IMG/VR virus record: IMGVR_UViG_2519899649_000001
Span: 24,117-88,116 of that record
From: a virus
Taxonomy: Duplodnaviria > Caudoviricetes
Length of the DNA: 64,000 nt
Strand: one strand, 5' to 3'
Of the stretch, positions 19,388 to 28,537 are shown piece after piece. The notes below the pieces were generated by a model. That model saw nothing but the letters and a program-made list of their open reading frames with translations, ran no database searches and was not told where the DNA came from. How positions within the stretch are numbered: position 1 is the stretch's first letter; each line of letters starts with the position of its first letter. The position numbers and the translations under genes were made by a program.

Positions 19388-21013
19388 ATGACCACCACTG
19401 TTGTCGCCGACGGCCAGATGAGCCGCTTCGCCGCCGACATCTACCGCGTCCGCTACGCCCAGGACGGCGAGACCTGGCCCGATACCGTCCGCCGCGTCGT
19501 CGACACCGTGATGCGCCCGTTGCTGCCCGACCTGGCCGACCAGGCGGCCGAGTTCATGGGAGCCCGCAAGTTCATCCCCGGCGGCCGGTACTTGTACGCC
19601 GCAGGTCGCAAGGTCAACCAGGTCAACAACTGTTTCCTGGTCCGCGCCGCCGACTCCCGGGAAGGGTGGGCGGACCTGACCCGCAAGGCGGTGCTCACCC
19701 TGGGTACCGGCGGCGGGTTGGGCGTGGTCTACTCCGACATCCGCCCGGCGGGCGCGCGGGTGAAGGGGACCGGTGGGCTGGCGACCGGGCCCATCTCCCT
19801 CATGAAGATGATCAACGACACCGGGCGGTACATCCGCGGCGGCGGGTCGCGCAGGTCGGCACTGTGGGCTGGCTTGCACTGGGATCACGACGACATCGAG
19901 GAATTCATCACCGCCAAGCAGTGGAACTCCCTGGAGAAGCAGGCCGCCTCCCAGGGCATGGGCGCCCCGCTCGACCAGACCAACATCTCGGTGATCTTGG
20001 ACAACGCGTTCTTCGCCGCCTACCACAACGCCGACGACGACTCCCACGAGAAGGCCCACCGCATCTACGAGACCGCCGTGGAGCAGATGCTGCTGACCGG
20101 CGAACCGGGCTTGAGCATCGACTGCGGCGAACACGAAGGCGAGAACCTGCGCAACCCCTGCTGCGAGGTCACCTCCCACGACTCCGATGACGTTTGCAAC
20201 CTCGGGTCGATCAACCTGCCGCGCATCAAGGACCTGGACGAACTGGAACGCGTCGTCGAGGTCGCCACCGCATTCCTTCTGTGCGGCACTATCTACTCGG
20301 CGCTCCCGTACCCCGAGGTCGAGGACGTGCGCGAGCGCAACCGCCGGATCGGCCTGGGGCTGATGGGCATCCACGAGTGGCTGATCCGCCGCGGCAAGCG
20401 GTACGCCCCAGACGTCGAGCTGGCCCGCTGGCTGGACGTGTATGCCGGAGTCTCGGATTCCGCCGCGATCAAGTACGCCGACCGGCTGAAGGTGTCGCGC
20501 CCGGTGGCCAAGCGCGCCATCGCCCCCACCGGGACGATCGCGATCCTGGGGGAGACCTCCTCGGGCATCGAGCCGCTGTACAGCCTGGCCTACAAGCGCC
20601 GCTACTTCGCCGACGGCCAGCCCCGCTACCAGTACGTGGTGGACGAGGCCGCGCGCCGCCTGATCGCCGCGGGCATCAACCCCGAGGACATCGAGACCGC
20701 CGTCGATCTGGCCGCCGTCCCCGAACGCCGGATCGGGATGCAGGCGTGGCTCCAGACCTGGATCGACATGGGGATCAGCAGCACCCTCAACTTGCCCGCG
20801 TTCGGCGGCCAGGCCATGGGGCCTGCTGAGTTCGGCGACATGCTCGCCAAATACCTGCCGCTGTTGCGCGGGCTGACGGTCTTCCCTGACGGTGCGCGAG
20901 GCCGACAGCCTCTGACCGCCGTCCCCTATAGCGAGGCCGTGGGCCGCGAGGGCGTGGAGTACTTCGAGGAGTCGGCCGAACGCTCCTGCTCGACCGGTGT
21001 GTGCGGCATCTGA
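19388..21013 (+). CDS. nrdJ: Class II (B12-dependent) ribonucleotide reductase
   Basis: NNCF, TNISV, NPCCE catalytic loop, CNLGSIN, IAPTGT and C-terminal SCSTGVC Cys pair; no small subunit in the window. Confidence 0.85.
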   Translation: MTTTVVADGQMSRFAADIYRVRYAQDGETWPDTVRRVVDTVMRPLLPDLADQAAEFMGARKFIPGGRYLYAAGRKVNQVNNCFLVRAADSREGWADLTRKAVLTLGTGGGLGVVYSDIRPAGARVKGTGGLATGPISLMKMINDTGRYIRGGGSRRSALWAGLHWDHDDIEEFITAKQWNSLEKQAASQGMGAPLDQTNISVILDNAFFAAYHNADDDSHEKAHRIYETAVEQMLLTGEPGLSIDCGEHEGENLRNPCCEVTSHDSDDVCNLGSINLPRIKDLDELERVVEVATAFLLCGTIYSALPYPEVEDVRERNRRIGLGLMGIHEWLIRRGKRYAPDVELARWLDVYAGVSDSAAIKYADRLKVSRPVAKRAIAPTGTIAILGETSSGIEPLYSLAYKRRYFADGQPRYQYVVDEAARRLIAAGINPEDIETAVDLAAVPERRIGMQAWLQTWIDMGISSTLNLPAFGGQAMGPAEFGDMLAKYLPLLRGLTVFPDGARGRQPLTAVPYSEAVGREGVEYFEESAERSCSTGVCGI

Positions 21014-21040
21014 CCAGCTCGACGATTCGGGGGGATCGAC

Positions 21041-22135
21041 ATGCCTGTCAACGAACAAGCTCTCGCCTTGGCCGCGAGCATCAACAAGAAAGCCGGAGAC
21101 AACGCGGTCGTGTTGGCCAGTGAGATCGTGCCGCCGCCGCGGTTCACTTCCGGAAGCCTGGCCCTGGACCTGACGCTCGGGGGAGGGTTCCCCGGCAACC
21201 AGTGGACCGAGGTCATCGGGCGAGAGTCCCACGGCAAGACCGCGATCGTGCAGAAGACGATCGCCGCCAATCAGCGCCGTGACCCTGACTTTGTCACCGT
21301 GTGGGTCGCGGCCGAGCACTTCGACTCGGAGCAGGCTCAGCGCCTGGGCATCGACCTGGACCGCGTCATCGTGGTCCCGACCCAGGACATGGAGTACGCC
21401 TACGACACCATGCTCAAGTTCGCCGAGTCCCGTTCGGTGGACGCCATCGTGCTCGACTCCTACCCCGCGCTGATCGCTGGGGAAGAGGCCAACAAGAGCA
21501 TGGAGGATTTGGTCGTCGCGCTGGGCGCCCGGCTGACGGGGAAGTTTTGCCGCAAGGCGGGCCGCGCCTCCAAGCGCGCGATGAACGGCGAAGAGAAGCC
21601 CCTGCTGGGCATCATCATCAACCAATACAGGGAGAAGATCGGCGGGTTTTCACCGCACGGCCCCGCATTGACCACGCCCGGCGGAAATGCGAAGAATTAT
21701 TTCTACTGGACGCGCCTGGAAGTCCGGCGTGATGAATGGATCGACGAGGCCCGTCCCGGAAAGGGCACCATTCGGGTCGGTCAGACGATCAAGGCCAAAA
21801 CCATCAAGAACAAGGGCGCCAGCCCGCACCAGATCGCGACCCTGACGTACTTCTTCCGCGACGCTCCCGTGCTGGGTTTCGCCGCCGGGGATTATGACAC
21901 CGTCAAAGAGATCGTCGCGATGGGCATCCTGTTCGACGTCATCACCGGCGCGGGCGGATGGTTCTCGGCCGAGGGGCACCGCTGGCACGGCAAGGAAGCC
22001 ATGGCCACCGCGCTGCGCAGCGAACCCGAGCTTCAGCAGCTGCTGACCGACGCCATCCTGGCCCGCGCCGCCGCACAGTCCTTCCGGGCGGCCGGGCGCG
22101 AGGCTGCCGAAGTCGAGCACCTGGCGGCGGCCTGA
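21041..22135 (+). CDS. recA: RecA/UvsX recombinase
   Basis: FTSGSLALDLTLGGG.P, GRESHGKT, AIVLDS, IINQYREKIG, TTPGGNA. Confidence 0.92.
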   Translation: MPVNEQALALAASINKKAGDNAVVLASEIVPPPRFTSGSLALDLTLGGGFPGNQWTEVIGRESHGKTAIVQKTIAANQRRDPDFVTVWVAAEHFDSEQAQRLGIDLDRVIVVPTQDMEYAYDTMLKFAESRSVDAIVLDSYPALIAGEEANKSMEDLVVALGARLTGKFCRKAGRASKRAMNGEEKPLLGIIINQYREKIGGFSPHGPALTTPGGNAKNYFYWTRLEVRRDEWIDEARPGKGTIRVGQTIKAKTIKNKGASPHQIATLTYFFRDAPVLGFAAGDYDTVKEIVAMGILFDVITGAGGWFSAEGHRWHGKEAMATALRSEPELQQLLTDAILARAAAQSFRAAGREAAEVEHLAAA

Positions 22136-22136
22136 C

Positions 22137-22472
22137 ATGTGGGTCTCGACCGAACACACGCTGGTGGTGCCGCGCTTCAACCTGCCGTTCCGGGTGGTCG
22201 ACGCGCGGCACCCCCGCGACTGCCCTCAGCGCGGGCACCGCGCCCCCGTCTGGACCGACGACGGCGACTACGCCTGCCATGTCCAGAACGTGTTGGACAT
22301 GCACGGCACCGACGACTTCTACCGCCGCGGCGAGCAGCCGCCGTTCGCCTGGTCGCAGCTGGTACGGCCCGGCAAGCACCCGGTGGCCGCGTGGTGGGAC
22401 GAGCACACCTACCGCTTCTCGCTGCGCCTGCTCGATGTGGGCGACGACATCGACGAGGACAGCTACACATGA
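22137..22472 (+). CDS. Hypothetical protein
   Basis: Tightly packed between recA and the PAPS-reductase-like gene. Confidence 0.6.
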   Translation: MWVSTEHTLVVPRFNLPFRVVDARHPRDCPQRGHRAPVWTDDGDYACHVQNVLDMHGTDDFYRRGEQPPFAWSQLVRPGKHPVAAWWDEHTYRFSLRLLDVGDDIDEDSYT

Positions 22473-23398
22473 GCATCCACGACAAGATCGCCCAGTCCCA
22501 CGAAATTCTGGACCGGGCCATCGCCGACATCGGAGCTGACGGCAAGAGCCTCCAGGGCATCCTGTGCCTCTACTCCGGCGGCAACGACTCCACCGTGTTG
22601 ACGCACCTGATGCGCAAGCGCGCCACCCACGTGGTGCACATCAACACCGGCATCGGCGTGGAGGAGACCCGCGAGTTCGTCCGCGCGACGACCTTCAGCT
22701 ACCGGCTGCCACTGATTGAGGAGCACCCCGACGACTCCTACGACGACCTGGTCCTGGGAAATGTGCACGCCAAGATGGGCAAGCATGCCGGGGAGGCCGT
22801 CTGGCGCGGCTTCCCGGGGCCCGCAGGCCACCAGTTCATGTACACCCGCCTCAAAGAGCGCGCCCTGCGCAAGGTCCGCCGCCGCTTCATCGACCAGCCC
22901 AGAAGGCAGCGCCTGATCTTCCTGGCGGGGATGCGGCTGGACGAGTCCGAGCGCCGGATGCGCAACGCGAACGAGATCGACCGCGAGGGCTCGGTGGTGT
23001 GGGTCAGCCCGATCGTGCACTGGACCGACGCCGACATGAACGCCTACCGCAAGCACTTCGCCGATGCCGGCGACCCCGTTCCCCGCAACGAGGTGTCCGA
23101 CCTGCTGCACATGAGCGGGGAGTGCTTGTGCGGGAGCTTCGCCCGGCCCGGCGAGCTGGACGAGATCGACATGTGGTTCCCCGAGACAGCCGACCGCATC
23201 CGGGACCTGGAGCGCCGCGCCAAGGAGGCGGGCATCGTCGCCTGCAAGTGGGGCGAGCGCCCGCCCAAGAAGAGCGCCCCGGCCGCCGGTCGCCTGTGCA
23301 GCAGCTGCACCGTCCCCGACGAAGACCACGAGGCCGATGTCATCGCCATGTGCGCTGACCCTGCCTACACCCGCGCGCCCGAGCAGGAGGCGGCATGA
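22469..23398 (+). CDS. PAPS reductase-family (PP-loop) protein
   Basis: YSGGNDS, INTG, GMRLDES..R, SPIVHWT, SGECLCG. Confidence 0.85.
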   Translation: MSIHDKIAQSHEILDRAIADIGADGKSLQGILCLYSGGNDSTVLTHLMRKRATHVVHINTGIGVEETREFVRATTFSYRLPLIEEHPDDSYDDLVLGNVHAKMGKHAGEAVWRGFPGPAGHQFMYTRLKERALRKVRRRFIDQPRRQRLIFLAGMRLDESERRMRNANEIDREGSVVWVSPIVHWTDADMNAYRKHFADAGDPVPRNEVSDLLHMSGECLCGSFARPGELDEIDMWFPETADRIRDLERRAKEAGIVACKWGERPPKKSAPAAGRLCSSCTVPDEDHEADVIAMCADPAYTRAPEQEAA

Positions 23399-23694
23399 AC
23401 TGGCAGACGGGTGAGGAGCCAAGCAGGCAGGACGACCGCCCGTACCCGATGCTGGATCGCTACCACGATCACCGCGAGCAGTGGATGGCCGTCGAAGAGT
23501 TCCTTGACTGGGTCGAGGACGAGAAGGGCCTGAAGCTGTGTGACTGGCAGATTCCGTTGCTGGCTGAGTGGCTGGGCATCGACCTGGACCAGTTGGAGAT
23601 CGAGCGCAACCAGATGTTCGCCGACTTCCAGGCGGCGTACGAGCTGACGCAGCAGCGGATCCAGCACCAGCTCCAGCAGCGGGCGGGCCAATGA
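23395..23694 (+). CDS. Hypothetical protein
   Basis: ATGA coupling at both ends. Confidence 0.6.
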   Translation: MNWQTGEEPSRQDDRPYPMLDRYHDHREQWMAVEEFLDWVEDEKGLKLCDWQIPLLAEWLGIDLDQLEIERNQMFADFQAAYELTQQRIQHQLQQRAGQ

Positions 23695-23870
23695 TCTGGG
23701 CGTGCAGGCTGACGCTGGTGCTGCTGCTGATGGTCGGGATGCTGTACCGGCCACAGGTCATCCACCTCAACATGGTCCGCGACCCGCACCCCCCGGCACC
23801 GGACTACCCGGTGCACACAGTGCCTCCCGCCGACCCCGCATACACCAGCGACACGGGGGAGGCGTGGTGA
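23691..23870 (+). CDS. Small membrane-anchored protein
   Basis: Hydrophobic LTLVLLLMVGML; coupled to neighbours. Confidence 0.5.
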   Translation: MIWACRLTLVLLLMVGMLYRPQVIHLNMVRDPHPPAPDYPVHTVPPADPAYTSDTGEAW

Positions 23871-24184
23871 AGACCCCGCAGCAGAAAGCCTCGCTGCGGC
23901 AGGAGAAGGCGGGTGCGGCCCTGCACGGCGGGCGTCGCACCCCCGGCTCGGGGAACGGCTGGGCGGTCAAGAACGACGTCCGCACCGCCAAGTGGTCGAT
24001 CGAGTACAAGACCACCGCCAAGAAGTCGTACACGCTCAAGCTCGACGAGCTGCTGCTGGCCGAACGCCACGCGCTGCTGGACGGCCGCGAGATGGCGTTC
24101 GGCATCCAGATGGGCCACCGCAGCTGGGTGGTCCTGGACGAGAACACCTTCCACCAGTTCACCAATCACGATCGGGGGAACTGA
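23867..24184 (+). CDS. PD-(D/E)XK Holliday junction resolvase (Hjc-like)
   Basis: QEK...GGRRTPGSG...KNDVR...IEYKTT. Confidence 0.75.
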   Translation: MKTPQQKASLRQEKAGAALHGGRRTPGSGNGWAVKNDVRTAKWSIEYKTTAKKSYTLKLDELLLAERHALLDGREMAFGIQMGHRSWVVLDENTFHQFTNHDRGN

Positions 24185-24188
24185 AATC

Positions 24189-24572
24189 ATGGTCATGCAC
24201 CTTCGGATCAACGCACCCCAATGGGTCGGCGACCGCGACGACAACACCCGCACCGCCAAGTGCGTCTCGTTCGCCGTCAGCCGCTACTACGACCCCTGGT
24301 TCGACACCGGCGAAGCCGACGAGGCGATCAGGATCTGCAACGGCGACGACGACGGCGCCGTGTGCCCGCTGCGCACCGAATGCCTGCTGTTCGCCCTGGT
24401 GAACAACGAGTCCAACGGCGTGTGGGGCGGGATGCATGAGCGCGACAGAAAGTACCTGCGGGCCCACTACAAGCGCGACAACTGGCGATGGTTCCCTCCC
24501 GGGCAGCTCACTCCGTTGCCGGTCATCCCCGAGGTGATCGTGGACGACGAGCTGTGGCTGGAGGCGGCGTGA
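24189..24572 (+). CDS. whiB: WhiB-family transcription factor
   Basis: Four Cys (KC...IC...CPLRTEC) plus GVWGG. Confidence 0.85.
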   Translation: MVMHLRINAPQWVGDRDDNTRTAKCVSFAVSRYYDPWFDTGEADEAIRICNGDDDGAVCPLRTECLLFALVNNESNGVWGGMHERDRKYLRAHYKRDNWRWFPPGQLTPLPVIPEVIVDDELWLEAA

Positions 24573-24769
24573 GTCTCCAGGACCGTGCCGAAGCGCTGAG
24601 TACCGCTCGCCAGCACGTCACCGCCGCGGCTACTAACGCGCGCGGTTACACCGACGGGGCCCCGTTCAAGGCACGGATGGACGCCATCGAGCAGTTCGCG
24701 CGGTTCCTGATGGGGGACCCGGTGAGCTGCGAGGCGTGCGGCAAGGAGGCGTTCGGTGCCCCGGAGTAA
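24569..24769 (+). CDS. Small hypothetical protein
   Basis: GTGA overlap; CEAC near the C-terminus. Confidence 0.5.
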   Translation: MSLQDRAEALSTARQHVTAAATNARGYTDGAPFKARMDAIEQFARFLMGDPVSCEACGKEAFGAPE

Positions 24770-24785
24770 GCCGACCGGCGGCCAC

Positions 24786-25760
24786 GTGAAGCTGACCGGC
24801 CGTCTCAAAGATCTCGCCGAGATCCGCAAGAAGCCGACCGTGCTGCTGGGGGATGTGCAGGCGCACCTGCTGAAGAAGGCCGACGCTCCCTCTGACCGGC
24901 GTAGCGACTGCCTGCATCCATCGGAGATGAGCCACGACGACTGGTGCCCGCGCCGGTCCTACTTCACGATCACCGGAGCGCCGGCCACCGAGGACGGCAA
25001 ACCCGCCTTCTCCTTCGTCCGGGAGAACATCTTCGAGCAGGGCCACGACATCCACGCCCGCTGGCAGGGCTGGCTCCGCGACATGGGCGTGCTGTGGGGC
25101 AAGTGGCACTGCGACGGGTGTGGCGTGCACTACCTCGGACTGGAGGCCGACTTCCCACATGACGGCTGTGACTACGTCGGCTCGAAGGTCGGTGGACACA
25201 CCAACATCGTCTACCGGGAGGTGCCGTTGGAGGTCGGGCTGATCGCCGGTCACGCCGACGGGGCCGTGCCTGACAAGGGCGCCCTGATCGAGATCAAGAG
25301 CATCGGGCTGGGGACGGTGCGGTTCGAGAACCCCGAGCTGCTGGCCCGCTACGAGATCGTCGCCGGGGGGCGCAAGCTGGTCGACTTCGACGGGCTGTGG
25401 AAGGAGTTGCGCACCCCGTTCCCCAGCCACCTGCGCCAGGCCAACCTCTACCTGTGGCTCGCGGCGCAGATGGGCCTGCCCTTCACGCAGATGATCTTCA
25501 TCTACGAAAGCAAGATGAACCAGCAGGTCAAAGAATTCGTGGTGAAAGCCTCGCCGCGGATCGTGGAACGCAAGCTAGAGCTGGCGGGCGAGGTCGAGCG
25601 CGCCGTGGAACGCAAGGTGCCACCTGCCCGCCCGCGTGATGTGTCTCCAGACAGTGGCATCTGCAAGGGCTGCCCGTTCAACGCCGTGTGCTGGGGCCAC
25701 CCGGCCGCCGCCGCTCTGACCGCTCCGATCGACGCCGAGGACGTGCCCGATGCCGCCTAA
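24786..25760 (+). CDS. Cas4-like / RecB-family exonuclease
   Basis: HPSE...WCPRR, G.DIH, GHADG, IEIKS, H.RQ..Y and C-terminal CKGCPF..VC (1+3 Fe-S cysteines). Confidence 0.8.
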   Translation: MKLTGRLKDLAEIRKKPTVLLGDVQAHLLKKADAPSDRRSDCLHPSEMSHDDWCPRRSYFTITGAPATEDGKPAFSFVRENIFEQGHDIHARWQGWLRDMGVLWGKWHCDGCGVHYLGLEADFPHDGCDYVGSKVGGHTNIVYREVPLEVGLIAGHADGAVPDKGALIEIKSIGLGTVRFENPELLARYEIVAGGRKLVDFDGLWKELRTPFPSHLRQANLYLWLAAQMGLPFTQMIFIYESKMNQQVKEFVVKASPRIVERKLELAGEVERAVERKVPPARPRDVSPDSGICKGCPFNAVCWGHPAAAALTAPIDAEDVPDAA

Positions 25761-26244
25761 CCTGCGTCTGCGCCGTGCCTCGCGCCGCGCGGCCAACGCC
25801 GCCATGGGCCAGGGCATGTGGTTGCCCGCCCGGCCCGGCGACGAGATGCCCGACCTACCCCACGACGTTACCGAGTTGGACGACAGTGCCTTGATGACGC
25901 TGTTCGGCCAGTACACCCAGTGGCTGGAGTTCGTCGGCGTCCAGCTGGCCGCCGCCGAGATCGACGAGGCAGCCGCCCGCGACGCCCTGGAGCGGTACAA
26001 GTCCATCGGGCTGCTGAACCACAGCGAGGGCAGCAAGACGGTGACGGCGGCCAAGGCCAAGGCGTTGAGCAGCCCCGAGTACGAGGAGCTGTCGGACAAG
26101 TACAACGAGGCCCACGCCTACCGGAAGATCATCACTGCGATGTACGAGTCCACCGAGCACAAGCAGAGGTTCGTCTCCCGGGAGCTGTCTCGGCGGATCG
26201 GCCGCGCCGACACCGACCGGCGAGAAGGAAGGTGGGCTGCATGA
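25750..26244 (+). CDS. Helical protein, possibly UvsY-like recombination mediator
   Basis: All-helical; TVTAAKAKALSSPEYEEL segment; recombination context. Function is inference. Confidence 0.4.
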   Translation: MPPNLRLRRASRRAANAAMGQGMWLPARPGDEMPDLPHDVTELDDSALMTLFGQYTQWLEFVGVQLAAAEIDEAAARDALERYKSIGLLNHSEGSKTVTAAKAKALSSPEYEELSDKYNEAHAYRKIITAMYESTEHKQRFVSRELSRRIGRADTDRREGRWAA

Positions 26245-26629
26245 CCGGCCATCAGGATGGCCATCGCGATGGTGGGGACGGCATCGTGCTGCCAGACCAG
26301 GTGTTCAAGGAGATCGGACGGATGCTGGTCGGTCGGCGGGTGTGGGTGCGTGACGGGCTGTTGCACACCCATGACCCCGACCAGTGCTGGGAGCACACCT
26401 GCTGCCTGCACCATCCGTCCGACCACCACATGCGCGACTGTCGCTGCGGTTTCGAGCTGACCGCGGCTGGCTGGCTGAGCGGATCTGCCCGCACGGCACC
26501 GGCCATCCCGACCCCGACGACCTGGCGTGGCGGATGCTGCGCGACGGGTCCGAGGAAGGGTGGGCGTGGGGTGTGCATGGCTGCGACGGCTGCTGCCGCC
26601 CGCCCGAGCAGACGCAGGAGGCAGCGTGA
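26241..26629 (+). pseudogene. Cys/His-rich conserved phage protein split by a frameshift near 26440
   Basis: Frame 1 reads CCLHHPSDHHMRD; another frame continues SLRFRADRG...ERICPHG.GHPDPDD...HGCDGCC. One G after 26440 restores a single ORF. Confidence 0.6.
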
Positions 26630-26766
26630 GAATGCTGGGGCGGACGATGTGGCGGTGGGCGACGCCGACGTATGCCTACTGCGTGGACCGGCGCACCGCC
26701 AAGCGCCGCGACTTGCACGCCGCGATGCGACTGGAGCGGGCGGCCGAGCACGGGAGCCGACGATGA
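26626..26766 (+). CDS. Small hypothetical protein
   Basis: GTGA/ATGA coupling on both sides. Confidence 0.4.
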   Translation: MRMLGRTMWRWATPTYAYCVDRRTAKRRDLHAAMRLERAAEHGSRR

Positions 26767-27191
26767 CGCGCAACGGGATGCGACGCTGCGCCAAGTGCGA
26801 ACGCAACCGGCAGGCCAAGTTCTATTCGGGGCCGCGAGCACGGGTGTGCGCGTCCTGCCGGAAGAAGGCACGGTCGGCGGGACGGCATGAGCGCCGCGTC
26901 CAGCTCACCTACGGGCTGGGTCCGGGGGAGTACGAGGCGTTGCTGGCCGCCCAGGGCGGGCGGTGCGCGATCTGCAAGGGCACCCGCCGCCAACGCCTGA
27001 GCGTGGACCACGATCACAAGACCGGCGTGGTCCGCGGCCTTTTGTGCAGGCTCTGTAACGGCAGGCTGTTGACGGCTGCCCGCGACAGCGCCGAGATCCT
27101 GCGGGCAGCGGCCGACTACCTGGACAACCCGCCCGCCCTGATCCACATCGGCCAGCGAATAGCTCCCGACCATATGAAGAAGGCCAGTTAA
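26763..27191 (+). CDS. Recombination endonuclease VII
   Basis: QGGRCAIC...LSVDHDHKTGVVRGLLCRLCN. Confidence 0.88.
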   Translation: MTRNGMRRCAKCERNRQAKFYSGPRARVCASCRKKARSAGRHERRVQLTYGLGPGEYEALLAAQGGRCAICKGTRRQRLSVDHDHKTGVVRGLLCRLCNGRLLTAARDSAEILRAAADYLDNPPALIHIGQRIAPDHMKKAS

Positions 27192-27250
27192 CAAATTCCA
27201 TGTGCTTTCCCCCACTCTTGAAGAAAAGGCAAGGGTTTCGGGGGAAGCAC

Positions 27251-27553
27251 ATGGAATCTGGGACGGTCGAGGAGAACAAGGTCAGCAGCGTTGACGCTTT
27301 GCTTCGCGTGAAGGCATCCAGCAACTCCAACAAACTGGCCGCGGCCATCTCCAACGGCATCTACGACGGAAAGAGCGTGGCGCTTCGGTGCGTGGGCGCG
27401 GGTGCGGTCAACCAGGCCATGAAGGCGATTGCGATCTCCCGAGGGTTCGTCGCACCCAGAGGCATCGACCTTGTCTGCTGTCCGGGATTCTGCACGGTCG
27501 ACATGCCTGACGGGCAGGTCACCGCACTCATGATCAAGATCCTTGTGACGTGA
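27251..27553 (+). CDS. spoVS: SpoVS-like (Alba-fold) protein
   Basis: LRVKASSNSNKLAAAI...VGAGAVNQAMKAIAISRGFVAPRGIDLVCCPGF matches the SpoVS signature. Confidence 0.85.
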   Translation: MESGTVEENKVSSVDALLRVKASSNSNKLAAAISNGIYDGKSVALRCVGAGAVNQAMKAIAISRGFVAPRGIDLVCCPGFCTVDMPDGQVTALMIKILVT

Positions 27554-27563
27554 GGAGCCAGTC

Positions 27564-27740
27564 GTGCCAGCTATGATGAACGCCACCCCCGCCGCCGGAA
27601 CCCCACCGGCGCAGAATCTGGCCGCCAGCGAAAAGACCACTCTGGGGCAGGGTGCCCGCCTGGGCGACTTCTCCCAAGGCATCAGCGGGGCCGCCGGAAA
27701 CACACAAACCTCGCCCTCCCCGTCGCAAAAGGCGTTCTAA
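27564..27740 (+). CDS. Small hypothetical protein (not in ORF track)
   Basis: GAGGAG RBS then GTG; 58 codons ending TAA 27738-27740. Confidence 0.45.
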   Translation: MPAMMNATPAAGTPPAQNLAASEKTTLGQGARLGDFSQGISGAAGNTQTSPSPSQKAF

Positions 27741-27852
27741 CATTTGCCTGGCACCTGTTCCTATCATGGAAAGTGAAACAGCGGCGCCACAAAACGGGAC
27801 CCCTTCCGGCGAACTTCTCCGGCCGCAGACAGTACCTATCGGGGGAGTTCCC

Positions 27853-28167
27853 GTGGCAGACAAGACCACCACCTCGTTCCCGCGCATGGGCGACCAGGCC
27901 CACCGCTGGAATGTCGCGCCGCGCACGCCGGACCGCTCCATCACCGTGCCCAAGAAGCACGGCAAGGGCTCGTTCATGGAGGCCGCGACCGCCAAGCACC
28001 GCAAGAGCGTGCACGAGCGCCACGGTGCCAGCTTCGCCCCGCAGATGACCATGCACTACAGCAACGCTCCCGAGGCGTCGGCGAACCTGCGCAACACCAA
28101 GCTCATGCCCAGTGCGGTCGGCGCCCGTGACTTCTACACCCGCCGCGCCTACGGCCAGGGAATGTGA
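27853..28167 (+). CDS. Small basic hypothetical protein
   Basis: GGGGAG RBS then GTG. Confidence 0.6.
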   Translation: MADKTTTSFPRMGDQAHRWNVAPRTPDRSITVPKKHGKGSFMEAATAKHRKSVHERHGASFAPQMTMHYSNAPEASANLRNTKLMPSAVGARDFYTRRAYGQGM

Positions 28168-28171
28168 TCGC

Positions 28172-28441
28172 GTGCTCCCGCTGATCCTGGCCGCCGCCCG
28201 CGTCGCCGGACCCATGGTCGCCCGCGCCGCCGCCTCCACCGCCGCCCGCGGCGCAGCCGGTCAGGCAGCGGGCCAGGCCGGTCGCTCGATGGCCTTCAAC
28301 GCCGGCATCAACGCCGCCTCCTCCATGGTCGGCGGCGGTAAGCCCGACAACAGCTCCGGCGGCGATGGCCAGCAGCAGAGCGAAGGCATCGACCTGGCCG
28401 CCGCAGCTCAGAACGCCTCCGAGGCCACGCGCCCCCACTGA
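28172..28441 (+). CDS. Ala/Gly-rich hypothetical protein
   Basis: GTG start 4 nt after the previous stop. Confidence 0.55.
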   Translation: MLPLILAAARVAGPMVARAAASTAARGAAGQAAGQAGRSMAFNAGINAASSMVGGGKPDNSSGGDGQQQSEGIDLAAAAQNASEATRPH

Positions 28442-28537
28442 GGGGTCGTAAAGATCTCGCCGACCTCGCGCCAAGGGTGAACGAGTAGCAACTACTGCCG
28501 TGTTCGCCCGGCCCAGCCCGAAGGGAACCCCACCTGC

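Noticed and set aside
24786-25760. Cas4-like gene as part of a CRISPR system with the mini-array
   Set aside because: It is 35 kb away inside a recombination operon with no cas1/cas2; stand-alone Cas4-like exonucleases are common in phages.
25818-27191. 457-aa ORF as a single protein
   Set aside because: It chains an off-frame segment, the frameshifted gene and Endo VII; real starts are at 26241 and 26763.
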